Source: Cyanidioschyzon merolae
Taxonomy: Eukaryota
Length of the DNA: 64,000 bases
Direction: 5' to 3' (one strand)
Assembly: GCA_000091205.1 (NCBI GenBank)
Contig: AP006496.2
The translations under genes and the position numbers were made by a program. Below the pieces are notes generated by a model, which worked only from the letters and a program-made list of their open reading frames with translations, was not told where the DNA came from and ran no database searches. Of this stretch, positions 10,660 through 20,651 are shown piece after piece; the first letter of the stretch is position 1; every line of letters starts with the position of its first letter.

Positions 10660-11700
10660 AGCCCACTCATCTATCTCGGGTGTCTACACTAGAATATGGG
10701 TCTTCCGACCGCCATCAACATTAGCCTCTGCAGTTTTTTTCTGTGACAGCTTCCTTTTCCATTCTTGTCTCCGGCTTCAAACGCACAGGTCTTTCGCTTC
10801 TCTACAGCTCGGTTCACAGCAGCCGAAGGATGTTTACGGCAATGTGCAAGTCCCGATTTCGCCGTTTCAGGTCGCTGTCTAGGCCTTTCATCAACAGACC
10901 GAAGTTGCTAACTACACATTGCTTGTCACTTTGATCTTCTTCGTATACTACCTTGGTGTGCACTTTTCTGTGGCGACGCGTGGCTGTCGTCAGGTGTTCC
11001 CATTTGTCCACCATAGCTTCTCATCCAAGGGCCGCTCTGTAGCACGTGAACGCCTGCTCGATGTCTCGGTACATGCCGTTGTGAGGTACACAGAGATCGA
11101 CACGATGCATTTCTCCGTTTCCGCGCATGGTACCGCACTTAACGATACAAGGCTTCTTCTGTACGATCCTTCAGCGAGGGACTTGTGCGCTACACATGCG
11201 GAAGCGCACGCAGTGCCATTCTGTTGAGGTTTCGTGGAACGCGATGTTGTCTATGGCGAAACACGGACCGTAACGAAAATCCAGGCTAGAGAAGGAGTCG
11301 AGGACCTTCGATCTGTGTACACTCCTTTCGTGCAAAGCGGTGAAGCGTTCTCCACTATAATTGATCGCTGCGACAACTCAAGTCCGAGTCCAAGCCCCTT
11401 TTTCATGCAAACAGAAGAGAAAGGGGCCCCTGGGAGCATATCCCGTAAGTGCTATCATGCTGTTGATGTCGAATGCCGTTTCTTCGATGGCTACATGGAA
11501 AGTAGGATACGTCTTTCGAAGGAAGTCGATTATTTGGCATGAGAAATTTAGTGAACGGTCCGCATTAGCTTGTGAACAAGTTGTCAAGGGACAACGTCGA
11601 GTTCGTTTCATCGTCAATCCAGCGACCCGCATTGCTGCGCTTTCAGTCTGCTTTGAAACAGAAATAGAACGGTTTGAGAATCCGTAATTTGAACATGCTT
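10660..11700 (-). mobile_element. Miniature TnpB/Fanzor-like derivative (family 2, copy b)
   Basis: On the minus strand: 5-prime block gcaatgcgggtcgctggattgacgatg. Mid block FHVAIEETAFD (track ORF 11378..11632). 3-prime remnant KRRNRDLHIAVNILRLL (track ORF 10814..11014). Conserved tail ctaatgttgatggcggtcggaagacccatattctag...agacacccgagatag. Confidence 0.6.
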
Positions 11701-12105
11701 CGCGTAAGAACAGGGAAAGAGTGTAGGCTCATGCGTATGAGTTTGATATGATATCGTTCATGTTTACGAATCCTTCTTCAAGGGCATCGCAACGTATCTT
11801 ATTTCCGGTGACGTAAAGAATTCAAGCGGCAGAGCCTCGGAGCCGTTCCAGAAGGACGACCGAGAATCCTGAAACTACGTTTGCATCCGTAAACCCTTAT
11901 TGATGCTCTTCAATTATAGAGGCTTTTGCATCTACGAAAAGTTTGAGAAAAATCGAAAGAGAACAATAAAGCGTGCCGTTCTTTATTCCATCTCAATTTA
12001 ACCGAAGTCCAGTGGCTGCGGGCTTGCAAGTAGCGTCGTGCGTTTGTCCAGCCTCGGTTACGCTGTTCGTCGCTGCAGTGCGTTTGGTTGGTGAGTGTTT
12101 TTTCC

Positions 12106-13344
12106 ATGCCGACGCTAGAAACCGTCAGTACAGAGGCGTTGGTGCAGCGCGGCATCACGCTCTTTCGAAAGTGCTTTCCAAACTCTGGGGAACCAACTGT
12201 CGCGAGCGCCGCACCGGGCCGTGTGAACCTCATTGGCGAGCACACGGACTACAACGAGGGCTTCGTGCTACCTATGGCACTCGAGGACCGTGAAACCGTT
12301 TTTGTGGGAACCTCTTTCCTGGACTCAGGCTTTGGGTCCCTTCCAAGGGCACGCCTGGTTTCCGAGCTTTGTCCTGACCAGCCTGTGGAGTTCGCGCTTC
12401 GAAACATATCTCCAGGAGAGGCGTACGCTGGCCCGGCCTGGGCAAACTATATTCGAGGAATGGTCGCTCAGTTTCTGGAGCGATCTGTGCGGGTGCCGTC
12501 TTTTGACGCAGTCGTGGTGTCGGAGGTGCCGCTCGGAGGTGGAGTCTCGTCGTCCGCTGCGCTAGAGATGGCGTGCGCGGTTTTTCTCCAGGAGATAACA
12601 GGTGTTTCCCTCGACCCAGTGGAGCGTGCTCGCATGGGTCAGCGGGTAGAGCATTTATATGCCGGTGTGCCCAGCGGTATCATGGATCAGCTGATCTCCG
12701 CTGCAGGCGTCGCAGGTTCGGCGCTCCTGATCGACTGCCGGACCTTGGAAACACGAGCGATCCCTCTGGATGACCCAGAGATGGTTATTGTTGTTGTGAA
12801 TAGCAACGTGAAGCATTCTCTAGCGGACGGGGAGTATGGGCGAAGGCGAAGAACATGCGAGCAGGCGGCAGCGGCCTTGAATGTCGCTTCACTGCGCGAT
12901 GCGACTAGAGAGCAGCTCGAGGCGAGTCGGACGCGAGGTATTTTGGGTCCACCCGAAGAGAAAGTCTACGAGCGAGCGCTCCACGTGATTGAGGAAAACA
13001 ACAGGGTCCTGCATGCTGTGAGCGCTCTCCAGGAGCGCGACTACGTGCGCTTCGGAAAACTCATGTACGAGAGTCACGAGTCGCTTCGGACCAACTACCA
13101 AGTGAGTTGCGATGAAATCGATGCTCTTGTGGAGATAGCTCGCCAAGTGCCCGGAGTCTACGGCAGCCGCATGACGGGAGGCGGTTTTGGCGGATGCACG
13201 GTGACGCTTGTACGTGCGGACGCGGTAGCGATGCTCCTTGAACGTATTGAGGCACTTTATCCGAAGCGCACTGGAAAGCATCCGACTAGCTTCATAAGCA
13301 AACCCGGTCCTGGTTCACGGCCGCTGGCGATTGAACACTCCTAG
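12106..13344 (+). CDS. Galactokinase (GHMP kinase family)
   Basis: Galactokinase signature GRVNLIGEHTDYNEGFVLPMAL. GHMP ATP-binding motif PLGGGVSSSAALE. C-terminal SRMTGGGFGGCTV block. The track ORF starts with TTG at 12088; the first ATG is at 12106. Confidence 0.9.
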   Translation: MPTLETVSTEALVQRGITLFRKCFPNSGEPTVASAAPGRVNLIGEHTDYNEGFVLPMALEDRETVFVGTSFLDSGFGSLPRARLVSELCPDQPVEFALRNISPGEAYAGPAWANYIRGMVAQFLERSVRVPSFDAVVVSEVPLGGGVSSSAALEMACAVFLQEITGVSLDPVERARMGQRVEHLYAGVPSGIMDQLISAAGVAGSALLIDCRTLETRAIPLDDPEMVIVVVNSNVKHSLADGEYGRRRRTCEQAAAALNVASLRDATREQLEASRTRGILGPPEEKVYERALHVIEENNRVLHAVSALQERDYVRFGKLMYESHESLRTNYQVSCDEIDALVEIARQVPGVYGSRMTGGGFGGCTVTLVRADAVAMLLERIEALYPKRTGKHPTSFISKPGPGSRPLAIEHS

Positions 13345-13374
13345 GAACGTAAGGCGAGCTATACGCTTCGTCGT

Positions 13375-16300
13375 TTACCAGACATCCCCAAAGCGCCCGA
13401 GAATAGTTTGCGCTTCGGTGATGTCCTTCTGGACTTTTCGCCGCCGGTAAAATATCGGACAGTCGCCGTTACTGCAGAGCACGTCCTGGATACAAGAACC
13501 CATACACTCCTGGCACTGTGTCCATAGCGCGCTGAACAGCTGCTCGAGCTCTGCTGTCTGCTTGAGATGACGCAGATACGTCTCCGCCTCAAAGTCCCTG
13601 CAGTGTTCGCAGAGGGCACTTCCTTTGAGGCCTCGTTTCTGTAACTCGGCCTCATTGATGCCGGCGCGGCAGCGGACACACTGGAGGCGGAACTTTGCAA
13701 ACTTCATAATGCCGCTTCCGGTTCTCGGCGTTGCGACTTGGATACTGCGAGTATGCGCGCCGCTGAAGAGCGTCTCTGGTCTTTTCATGACCGCAGAAAA
13801 AATGCGCTCAAGGGGTTTTCGCAGCATATTTTCTAGGTAGTAGTGAGCATCGATGGGGATGCTGTTCTCGAGAACGTATATCGGGTCCTCAGCACGGGTG
13901 TAGGCCTTTTCGTTCTTTGTTGCTCCCTTGATAATGACGTACGGAACCCGATCGCCCAAGGACGGGGCAGAGCCTGAGTCGCGTTTCCGCAACTTCTCCA
14001 CCAGGAAAACGTGCGCCTGCTTGGCTTCGTAGTCAGTTGTGGCTCGAGTCAGCGTCTTGGAGACAACCAGCAGGGAGAGATCGATACGGTTTTGCAGCAA
14101 ATCGGACACGATCTTCTTCACAAACTCGATCGCTCCGTCCACATCCTGCTCAATAAGCAACTTCTGTAGCACGGTGTCCACCACGTTCGCGACAAGCCGG
14201 CAATTGTCGCGCCGCACGGACTCGATGCCTTTGCAGTCCATCTTATCGTGCCGCTCGAGTCTCGTCCAGTAGAGACCAGCGTAGCGTTTCTTTGAAATCA
14301 GCAGATACGGATAGTACACTTTTTCGAACTCCAGTCTAACAGGAGGCGGAAAGATGTTTGTCAGCTGCTTTGCGGCTTCGCGGCCGAGCTCCATCACCTG
14401 TTCCAGAGTCGCGTGATCGTTGAATTTGACCATCACTGAGTCCGTATCGCCATAGATCACCTCGGCACCCGGATAGAGCCGCTCGACCGTGCTCCTCGTT
14501 AGTTCAATCATATTGCGGCCGTACGACGTGACAGAGGCTGAAATCTCCATGCAGGGCAGCTTACCCACGGAGGCTCCCGTGAACCCGTATACAGCGTTTG
14601 CCGATATTTTCAACGCAAGTTGGCGGCCATTCAGAACCTCTCGGAGAAACGGATCCGTCGCGTTTTGCATGTCCCTCTTTGCTGCCTTCCGCGATGCCAG
14701 AAACTCCTCGAGCATCTCACTGAGAATGCCCTTACGTACGGACGGTTTCACAAAGCAGTGGCCCAGAGGCGTGCGGATGTAGTCGTCAGGTTTCAGCTTC
14801 GGGACATCCGACTCGTGCACGAGTGTCGAATAGCAGAGATTGTAAGCCATCATGATGGAGGGATACAGCGAGGCGAAGTCCATGGTGGCTATTGGTGTTC
14901 GGTAGAAGCCCTTCTTTGGCTCGATCACCGTGGCGCCCTCGTACTGCGGACCGCCGTCGCCACTGCGCCCCCCAGCTTCCGTGCGGGGCAGGTCAGGGAC
15001 GAGCAGGTCAGCTTCGTGCGCCTTGCGGTGCAGGAGCGACACAACTTTCACCATGTGACCCCGGCTGAGCAACCAGTCCAGCGGAACACCAGTCACACGA
15101 GCGAGCTCCATATAGTTCGTCAACGACATGAGCTTGTCCATCAGCCGCAGCGGTAGATAGGCATCTTTGAGGCAATAAACCGCAAGACGTCGCCGCGTAT
15201 GCTCGTTACCTGCCTGCAAATCGGTGATGATAGAGTAATGGACGTCCTCCTTCTGTTCGTTGAGGAACTCTGATGACACCGAGTTCAGCGAATACGAGCG
15301 CAGCTTGTGATCGCGAATGATCACCTGCAGCATGTCCATGATGACTCGACCCTCAATGGAGAACGTCATGCTCTCGTGCGTACCAAAAGCGCTCGATGAA
15401 AGACGCGTCCGACGCATGGTTGTGCGTTCGCGACATATACGTCCCAGGTAGGGGAAGCGACTCGCACCAATTGCAGACGCTCTATTCAAAAGGTAGGGTA
15501 GATCAAAATTCACAATATTGTATCCTGTAATGATATCTGGATCGGCAGCAACCAGAAAGTTCCGAAAGCTCTGCAAAAGCTCCTGTTCGCGGTTGAGGGA
15601 AATCACCTGCACACCGGCGACTGGTGCACAGGAGCCGAGCGTGAAGATAGCGCGCACGAGAGGCTCCGTCTTCCCGTACTCCCCGAGGTGACAGCCTATT
15701 TGGATGACGCTGTCATTTTCGGGTTCTGGGAAGATTCCTTTTCTTCCAGCGCACTCGATGTCGAACGAGAGTATTCTAAACGCAGCCGTTCGCAGCCACT
15801 CCCCGCTGGGTGGGTGGCACACCACTGATTGCCAGTGTGCTTCGGCAACGATCTGCGCATAACTCGGGCTCAGCGCATTCGAGACCACTGTATAGGAACC
15901 AGCAGGTACTTCGATCCACGAGCAGCCCATCATTTTGGTATCGATCATGAAGCGCAGCACGAAGTCGACTGATGACTCGAACACATCGAACACGCGACCC
16001 AAGACAGAGCCCTGACTGAGCAGTCCTGCCGCCACGCGCACCAGGTCTGGAGTACGCACGGTAATGCGCAGGAACTCGCTATCGTCTTCGCCCGGCTTGT
16101 AGTACAAGACGGAGCGGCGTCGAACCCGCTCGACACCCAGGATACAATCCCCGGAGCAGTCGGCAACGCGGCCCATTGTTCGGCACTTGTGCTCCAGTTC
16201 GGCTCGAAGTTCGCCAAGAGCGCCGTCCCCGAAACCCTTCGGCGCCGATGCATAGAAGTACGGAGCAAAGCCCTGCACACACAGGAGCACAGACTCGCCA

Positions 16301-16629
16301 CTCAGCGTAACACCGTAGACACGAACCGTTGTGTGCGGCTCAGCAGCGCGATGCCGCTCTACCACATAGTCGCATGTCACCTGGTTAAATAAAAGCGATT
16401 CGGAGGCACTCAGGAGGCTCGTCCGAGCAGCAGGGCGACCGCAAAGCCGCCTGAAGAACTCGATAGACTCTTGGTCCGTCTCGTGACCCGAGAGCGCGCC
16501 CCCGGTCGTTTCCAACACAGGCTCACAATTCGTAAGGTAAGCCGCCTCATCGACGTCTACCTCAAAGCTGTCATCATCGAGAGCATCGTTCGGTTCGTAG
16601 GGATCCGGCGAGAACTGCTGCGGCACCAT
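13375..16629 (-). CDS. POLD1: DNA polymerase delta catalytic subunit (family B), 1084 aa, single exon
   Basis: Exonuclease motifs: FDIECAG (Exo I), YNIVNFDLPYL (Exo II), YCLKDAYL (Exo III). Polymerase motifs: DFASLYPSIM (A), KISANAVYG (B), YGDTDSVMV (C). C-terminal CysA/CysB zinc modules (CEHCRD...CQECMGS...CSNGDCPIFY). ATG verified at 16627-16629. Confidence 0.95.
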   Translation of the reverse strand: MVPQQFSPDPYEPNDALDDDSFEVDVDEAAYLTNCEPVLETTGGALSGHETDQESIEFFRRLCGRPAARTSLLSASESLLFNQVTCDYVVERHRAAEPHTTVRVYGVTLSGESVLLCVQGFAPYFYASAPKGFGDGALGELRAELEHKCRTMGRVADCSGDCILGVERVRRRSVLYYKPGEDDSEFLRITVRTPDLVRVAAGLLSQGSVLGRVFDVFESSVDFVLRFMIDTKMMGCSWIEVPAGSYTVVSNALSPSYAQIVAEAHWQSVVCHPPSGEWLRTAAFRILSFDIECAGRKGIFPEPENDSVIQIGCHLGEYGKTEPLVRAIFTLGSCAPVAGVQVISLNREQELLQSFRNFLVAADPDIITGYNIVNFDLPYLLNRASAIGASRFPYLGRICRERTTMRRTRLSSSAFGTHESMTFSIEGRVIMDMLQVIIRDHKLRSYSLNSVSSEFLNEQKEDVHYSIITDLQAGNEHTRRRLAVYCLKDAYLPLRLMDKLMSLTNYMELARVTGVPLDWLLSRGHMVKVVSLLHRKAHEADLLVPDLPRTEAGGRSGDGGPQYEGATVIEPKKGFYRTPIATMDFASLYPSIMMAYNLCYSTLVHESDVPKLKPDDYIRTPLGHCFVKPSVRKGILSEMLEEFLASRKAAKRDMQNATDPFLREVLNGRQLALKISANAVYGFTGASVGKLPCMEISASVTSYGRNMIELTRSTVERLYPGAEVIYGDTDSVMVKFNDHATLEQVMELGREAAKQLTNIFPPPVRLEFEKVYYPYLLISKKRYAGLYWTRLERHDKMDCKGIESVRRDNCRLVANVVDTVLQKLLIEQDVDGAIEFVKKIVSDLLQNRIDLSLLVVSKTLTRATTDYEAKQAHVFLVEKLRKRDSGSAPSLGDRVPYVIIKGATKNEKAYTRAEDPIYVLENSIPIDAHYYLENMLRKPLERIFSAVMKRPETLFSGAHTRSIQVATPRTGSGIMKFAKFRLQCVRCRAGINEAELQKRGLKGSALCEHCRDFEAETYLRHLKQTAELEQLFSALWTQCQECMGSCIQDVLCSNGDCPIFYRRRKVQKDITEAQTILGRFGDVW

Positions 16630-17089
16630 AGCTGGACGGCAGCAACGAGGCTTTTCAAAAAGATGCCGGTGGCGGCGCTCGTTCCGCTGCTGCGCAATGG
16701 CTTGGCGGCAGTGGCGGCTATACTCGTGTCAGATGAAAATAGAATACGAAAATACTTGCTTTGTTCTTAACTTTCGATTTTTCTTCCGGACTTTCTAGAT
16801 CCACAGACTCGGCATACGAATCACAGCAATAGGGGCTTCCGGATAAACATCTGCTTTTAGAAGTCTGGTTCTTCTTCCCGGAGTGGCTCATTCGACTCTT
16901 TGGCGCTGGAACTCGTTACATTACCGGAATCAAACTGATTCGCGACGCCCTCTAAAAAGGGTTTCTAAATAACCGATATCATGATCGAATTTTTACGTAA
17001 AAAACTCCACGCTTCTCGATTCTTTAGGAATGGCGTGCTCAAATCAGACTTTACTCAAGTTTTCCGCTTTCTGTATCAAGGAAACTTGA

Positions 17090-19215
17090 TGGTGCAGCGA
17101 TGCGCGCTGCTGGATAGGTCAGGAAACGTAATCGGCATCGTCACTCGACGATTTCTTCGCAAGCTCCTGCAGAAAGTTCATCGAAATCCTCATATCAAGC
17201 AACGGATTCCGTTCGCACGACGAAGCCTCCTCGTATCGTTGTTCGCAACGAAACGGCATTTGTCAGCAGCCTGATACCCCTCACGTGATATGCTCCCTGA
17301 GGTTGCGCTTTCTTTTGTCTGCACAGAAAAGCACCACAGACTCGTGCCTAAGTCATTCTAGCGACGGCCCCCAGTACAAAGTGTTTCACCGCTTTGCCAA
17401 GGGAGCATAGACTGATAGAAATCCTCGACTTCTTCGCCGGGGAGGTCTATGAGCGGAAAAGTACGCATTGCGACTCTGAACCATCTCAGCGTCATCTCTC
17501 TCGGCGCGTGATTGAGTCGTTGACGTAAAAGTGAATGCACGAGGACGTAGTCATCAGCCTGGACGACGTGAAGGTTCTCTCTGTGACAGGTGCTTCTTCG
17601 CAGATCATAGGCTCGTCGGATGAAAAGACAGTGAGAAGCCTCAGTCGAGTACCTCCCAAAGGAGACGATGGCGAGAAGATGATGGATCTGGCGCCTTCGA
17701 GTAACCCGCCAACGAGAGCGATTCTACACTTTCGCATCTGAATTGATGCTCCGCAGCTCCCGTAGGGGAGAGATCTTCTCCAGTTTTGAACGCACTTACG
17801 GGTCGCTGCTACGACAACCTCGATTCGCGACTTTTTCGCTTCATTGTGGAGATGAATGCCTGTGCAAAGGCGGCGTAGATGCGTTCGAGGCTCTAAAAGT
17901 AGCGTGGAAGAAGAATAGTAGCTGATTGATAGCATGGAGTTCATGAAGCGGATCGCGTACACGTCGTCCAAAGATTCGGCGGAACTCTTGAGTCGCTGCA
18001 GGAAAGCCAAGCGACGGAAGGCAGAGAAAACTGCGAATGGGAAGAGAAGGGGACGAACGAGACGGCCTCGGTGCGACGAAGAGGCGCGGTGTCCTTCCTC
18101 GAGATTGATGGTGTGGGAGTAGGCATCATGATCAATAGCGAACGTCTTGCAACCGTCCGACCTGAGACGAGCCCCTGATCCCAAGAGGAATCACGCCGTG
18201 GAGCAAGGAGGTATACAGAAGTGTGGCCTCGCGAACTTGGCCTCCATAGCGATTTGCATCGGTCTGGACCCAGAGAGAGCGAACCTCCACACCTGTGCTT
18301 TCATGAGTTTCGAAGAAAAACCCGATTCACCTGGGATAATCGACGACTTACTGGAAGCTCGAATTCCGTCCTATTCGTGTTTCAACTACAATCTTAGGTC
18401 CTAAGCGTGTGCCTAGCATCTTCGTCTCAGCAAACGGGAGCAAACTAGAAAATAGTTCGACCAGCAGGCAAGTGATACGGAAGGGCGTCACAGGCTCCTT
18501 AGCCGCAATGTCGCAATTGAGTGGACCATGTGGAAACTGTGCCCATGACTGTATATATTTCTTCAATGACCGTTACCCTGGTAGGCACGTTTTGTGGGGA
18601 GGGCACTCAGGAACCAAACAGCATGCAGGGACGCCGACTGTGAGCTATTGAATGGACCAGCGTGTGCTTGCACCTGCTGCGGACGGAGTGCTCTAGGATG
18701 GGACCTTTCAAAAGAAGTACCTGATCGTAGAGTACGGTTGTGGGCACGAAACTGGCAGAGGGCATCGAAGAAAGCCCTTTGTAGCCATGAGGAACGCGTC
18801 TCGAGCGGTGAAACAAGCGCTCATGCATTACAGGACGGCTCGCAGCGATGGAGCTGTTGTGTAGAGGTGTGAAAAACTGGCCACAGCCAATTTTCAACGC
18901 CGCCAAGGCCACAACTATGCTATTTACAAATATGATGGAAATGACAAGCGGAGCGGAAATTGCAGCTTCCTTCTGTGCATGAAGTACGTCGAAAACAAGC
19001 GCAAGCAGCGAAATCCTGACCTTCATATTGCTATGAGCATCCTCCAACTGCTCATAACCGAGCTGCAGGGCAGCGAGAGACCGCCATATTTGACGTTCGC
19101 AGAAGAGCGAGAGGAAAAGGAATCTTTCGCTAAAATGTCCCGTAAATGCTCTTGTCAATGACAATAGGAAGAGATCCAAACTTAAGAGTGGACGGCTATG
19201 CTCTGAGATCTGTCC
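17090..19215 (+). mobile_element. TnpB/Fanzor-like derivative (family 2, copy c), longer, with two tandem 3-prime (RuvC-III) segments
   Basis: 5-prime gcgatgcgcgctgctggataggtcagg, encoding QRCALLDRSGNVIGIV. This resembles RuvC-I DPGNTNIITIA of family 1. Mid block aaacggcatttgtcagcagc. A first RuvC-III-like stretch PIFNAAKA at about 18890, a second RNPDLHIAMSILQLL at about 19010. Tail tgtcaatgacaataggaagagatccaaacttaag. Confidence 0.5.
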
Positions 19216-19328
19216 CATTTTATTCGAACGTGGGTGTGGGCTTTGAAAACGGCGCTGGCAACAGTGCTACCGGGAGAAGCATCTGCCGCGCTAAGTAAGA
19301 GCTTTTGGCGGGTTCACTTGAGGCCGGC

Positions 19329-20360
19329 ATGGTGTCGGTAACTGTGCGCCTGCGGGACCCCCGGGGAACCAGGGTCTTGCAGATCGATGAGAACCAAACT
19401 GTGGAAGGATTGAAGGCGCTTCTCAAGGAGCAGACCGGTTTGAAGTCGTTCCGGATACTGCGGGGCTTTCCACCAAACCTGCTGATCGCAGCGCCTGAGG
19501 AGCGAGTCGGCAACGTGTTGGAAAGCGGTGACCTTCTTACTATCGAGGCCGCACAGCAGCAGGAGCAGGACGTTTATAGCGCCGCCAGTGGTAGCGGTAG
19601 TGCCGGCAGTAGTGGTTTTGGTGCCTATGGCGCTGATCGTAGTATACACGACCCGGCTTGCCAGGAAGCGTCCACGCAGGCCGGCCCCAGCCCGGTACGT
19701 TCAGCAGTCGCGTCACCACACAGGCCGCTTGCAGCGACAGCGCCGAGCTTTGAACGCGTCGTGGTCCCCGATGACAACAGTTGCCTCTTTCGGGCGGTCG
19801 CGTTTGTGTTGAAACAGCTGCTGGGAGGCATCGAATTGTTACCGGAAGAGCTCCGAGAGCTGGTCGCCCAGGCAGTTGCGGCCGATCCTTGGACCTACAA
19901 TGATGCTGTTCTTGGTAAAACGAATGAGGAATATCAGGACTGGATTAAGCGCCCAACGAGCTGGGGCGGAGCTATCGAGCTTGGCATATTTGCGAATCAT
20001 TTTGGAGTACAGATAGCGAGTTTTGATGTTCGGACAACTCGAATGGATGTTTTCGGCGAAGCTGCAGCGTATCCATCCCGCGTATATCTCTGCTACGACG
20101 GCATCCACTACGATCCTCTGGCGCTGCGGTCCCACCCAGACGAGTCCACAGACGACCTTTTAACCGTATTTCCCAGTAGTGACGGCGAATCAGAGGCGCT
20201 AGCAGCCGAGCTGATTCAAACGCTGCACGCGAGCCGTTCCTTCACAGACACAGCAAACTTTCTCGTCACATGTCGAGAATGCGGAGCCCAGCTTCGCGGT
20301 GAGGCGGGAGCTCTCGAACATGCACGCAGCACTGGACACGCAGGCTTCATCGAGCAATGA
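19329..20360 (+). CDS. OTU1/YOD1-type deubiquitinase (ubiquitin-like N-terminus, OTU domain, C-terminal C2H2 zinc finger)
   Basis: Ubiquitin-like start MVSVTVRLRDPRGTRVLQIDENQTVEGLKALL. OTU catalytic Cys box VPDDNSCLFRAV. His box YDGIHYDPLA. C-terminal C2H2 finger CRECGAQLRGEAGALEHARSTGH. The track ORF begins with TTG at 19305; the first ATG is at 19329. Confidence 0.85.
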   Translation: MVSVTVRLRDPRGTRVLQIDENQTVEGLKALLKEQTGLKSFRILRGFPPNLLIAAPEERVGNVLESGDLLTIEAAQQQEQDVYSAASGSGSAGSSGFGAYGADRSIHDPACQEASTQAGPSPVRSAVASPHRPLAATAPSFERVVVPDDNSCLFRAVAFVLKQLLGGIELLPEELRELVAQAVAADPWTYNDAVLGKTNEEYQDWIKRPTSWGGAIELGIFANHFGVQIASFDVRTTRMDVFGEAAAYPSRVYLCYDGIHYDPLALRSHPDESTDDLLTVFPSSDGESEALAAELIQTLHASRSFTDTANFLVTCRECGAQLRGEAGALEHARSTGHAGFIEQ

Positions 20361-20651
20361 GTGAAGGGCGCGGCGGCGCATATGCGCCCTTTCAGCGATC
20401 ACCGTCGTATAGCGAGACCAAATCCACAAATTTTCCTGCAGCAGTACAAGGCAGCGATTCACAAGAATCAGTATTGTGGACATACTCGATCGCTCACCCC
20501 GCAGAGATATTGGGTCGCGCTCAGTCGAGTGGCGAGCGCGTTCTTCCCGTCTGCGACCTCGTTGTAGACAGGTACCGCCGCTGGGGCAAGCACCCGCGTG
20601 ATTCTGGTTCTGGATTCGTGATTCTTTTTCCAGCGCAGAGGTAGATTGGAG

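Noticed and set aside
14620-15156. Antisense ORFs inside confirmed genes (e.g. 14620..15156 in POLD1, 31489..31959 and 31679..32113 in the Myb-U-box gene, 47648..48172 and 48393..48931 in the formin, 29290..29622 in the SANT gene)
   Set aside because: GC-rich coding DNA is poor in stop codons on the opposite strand, so these are expected by chance. None has a recognisable motif.
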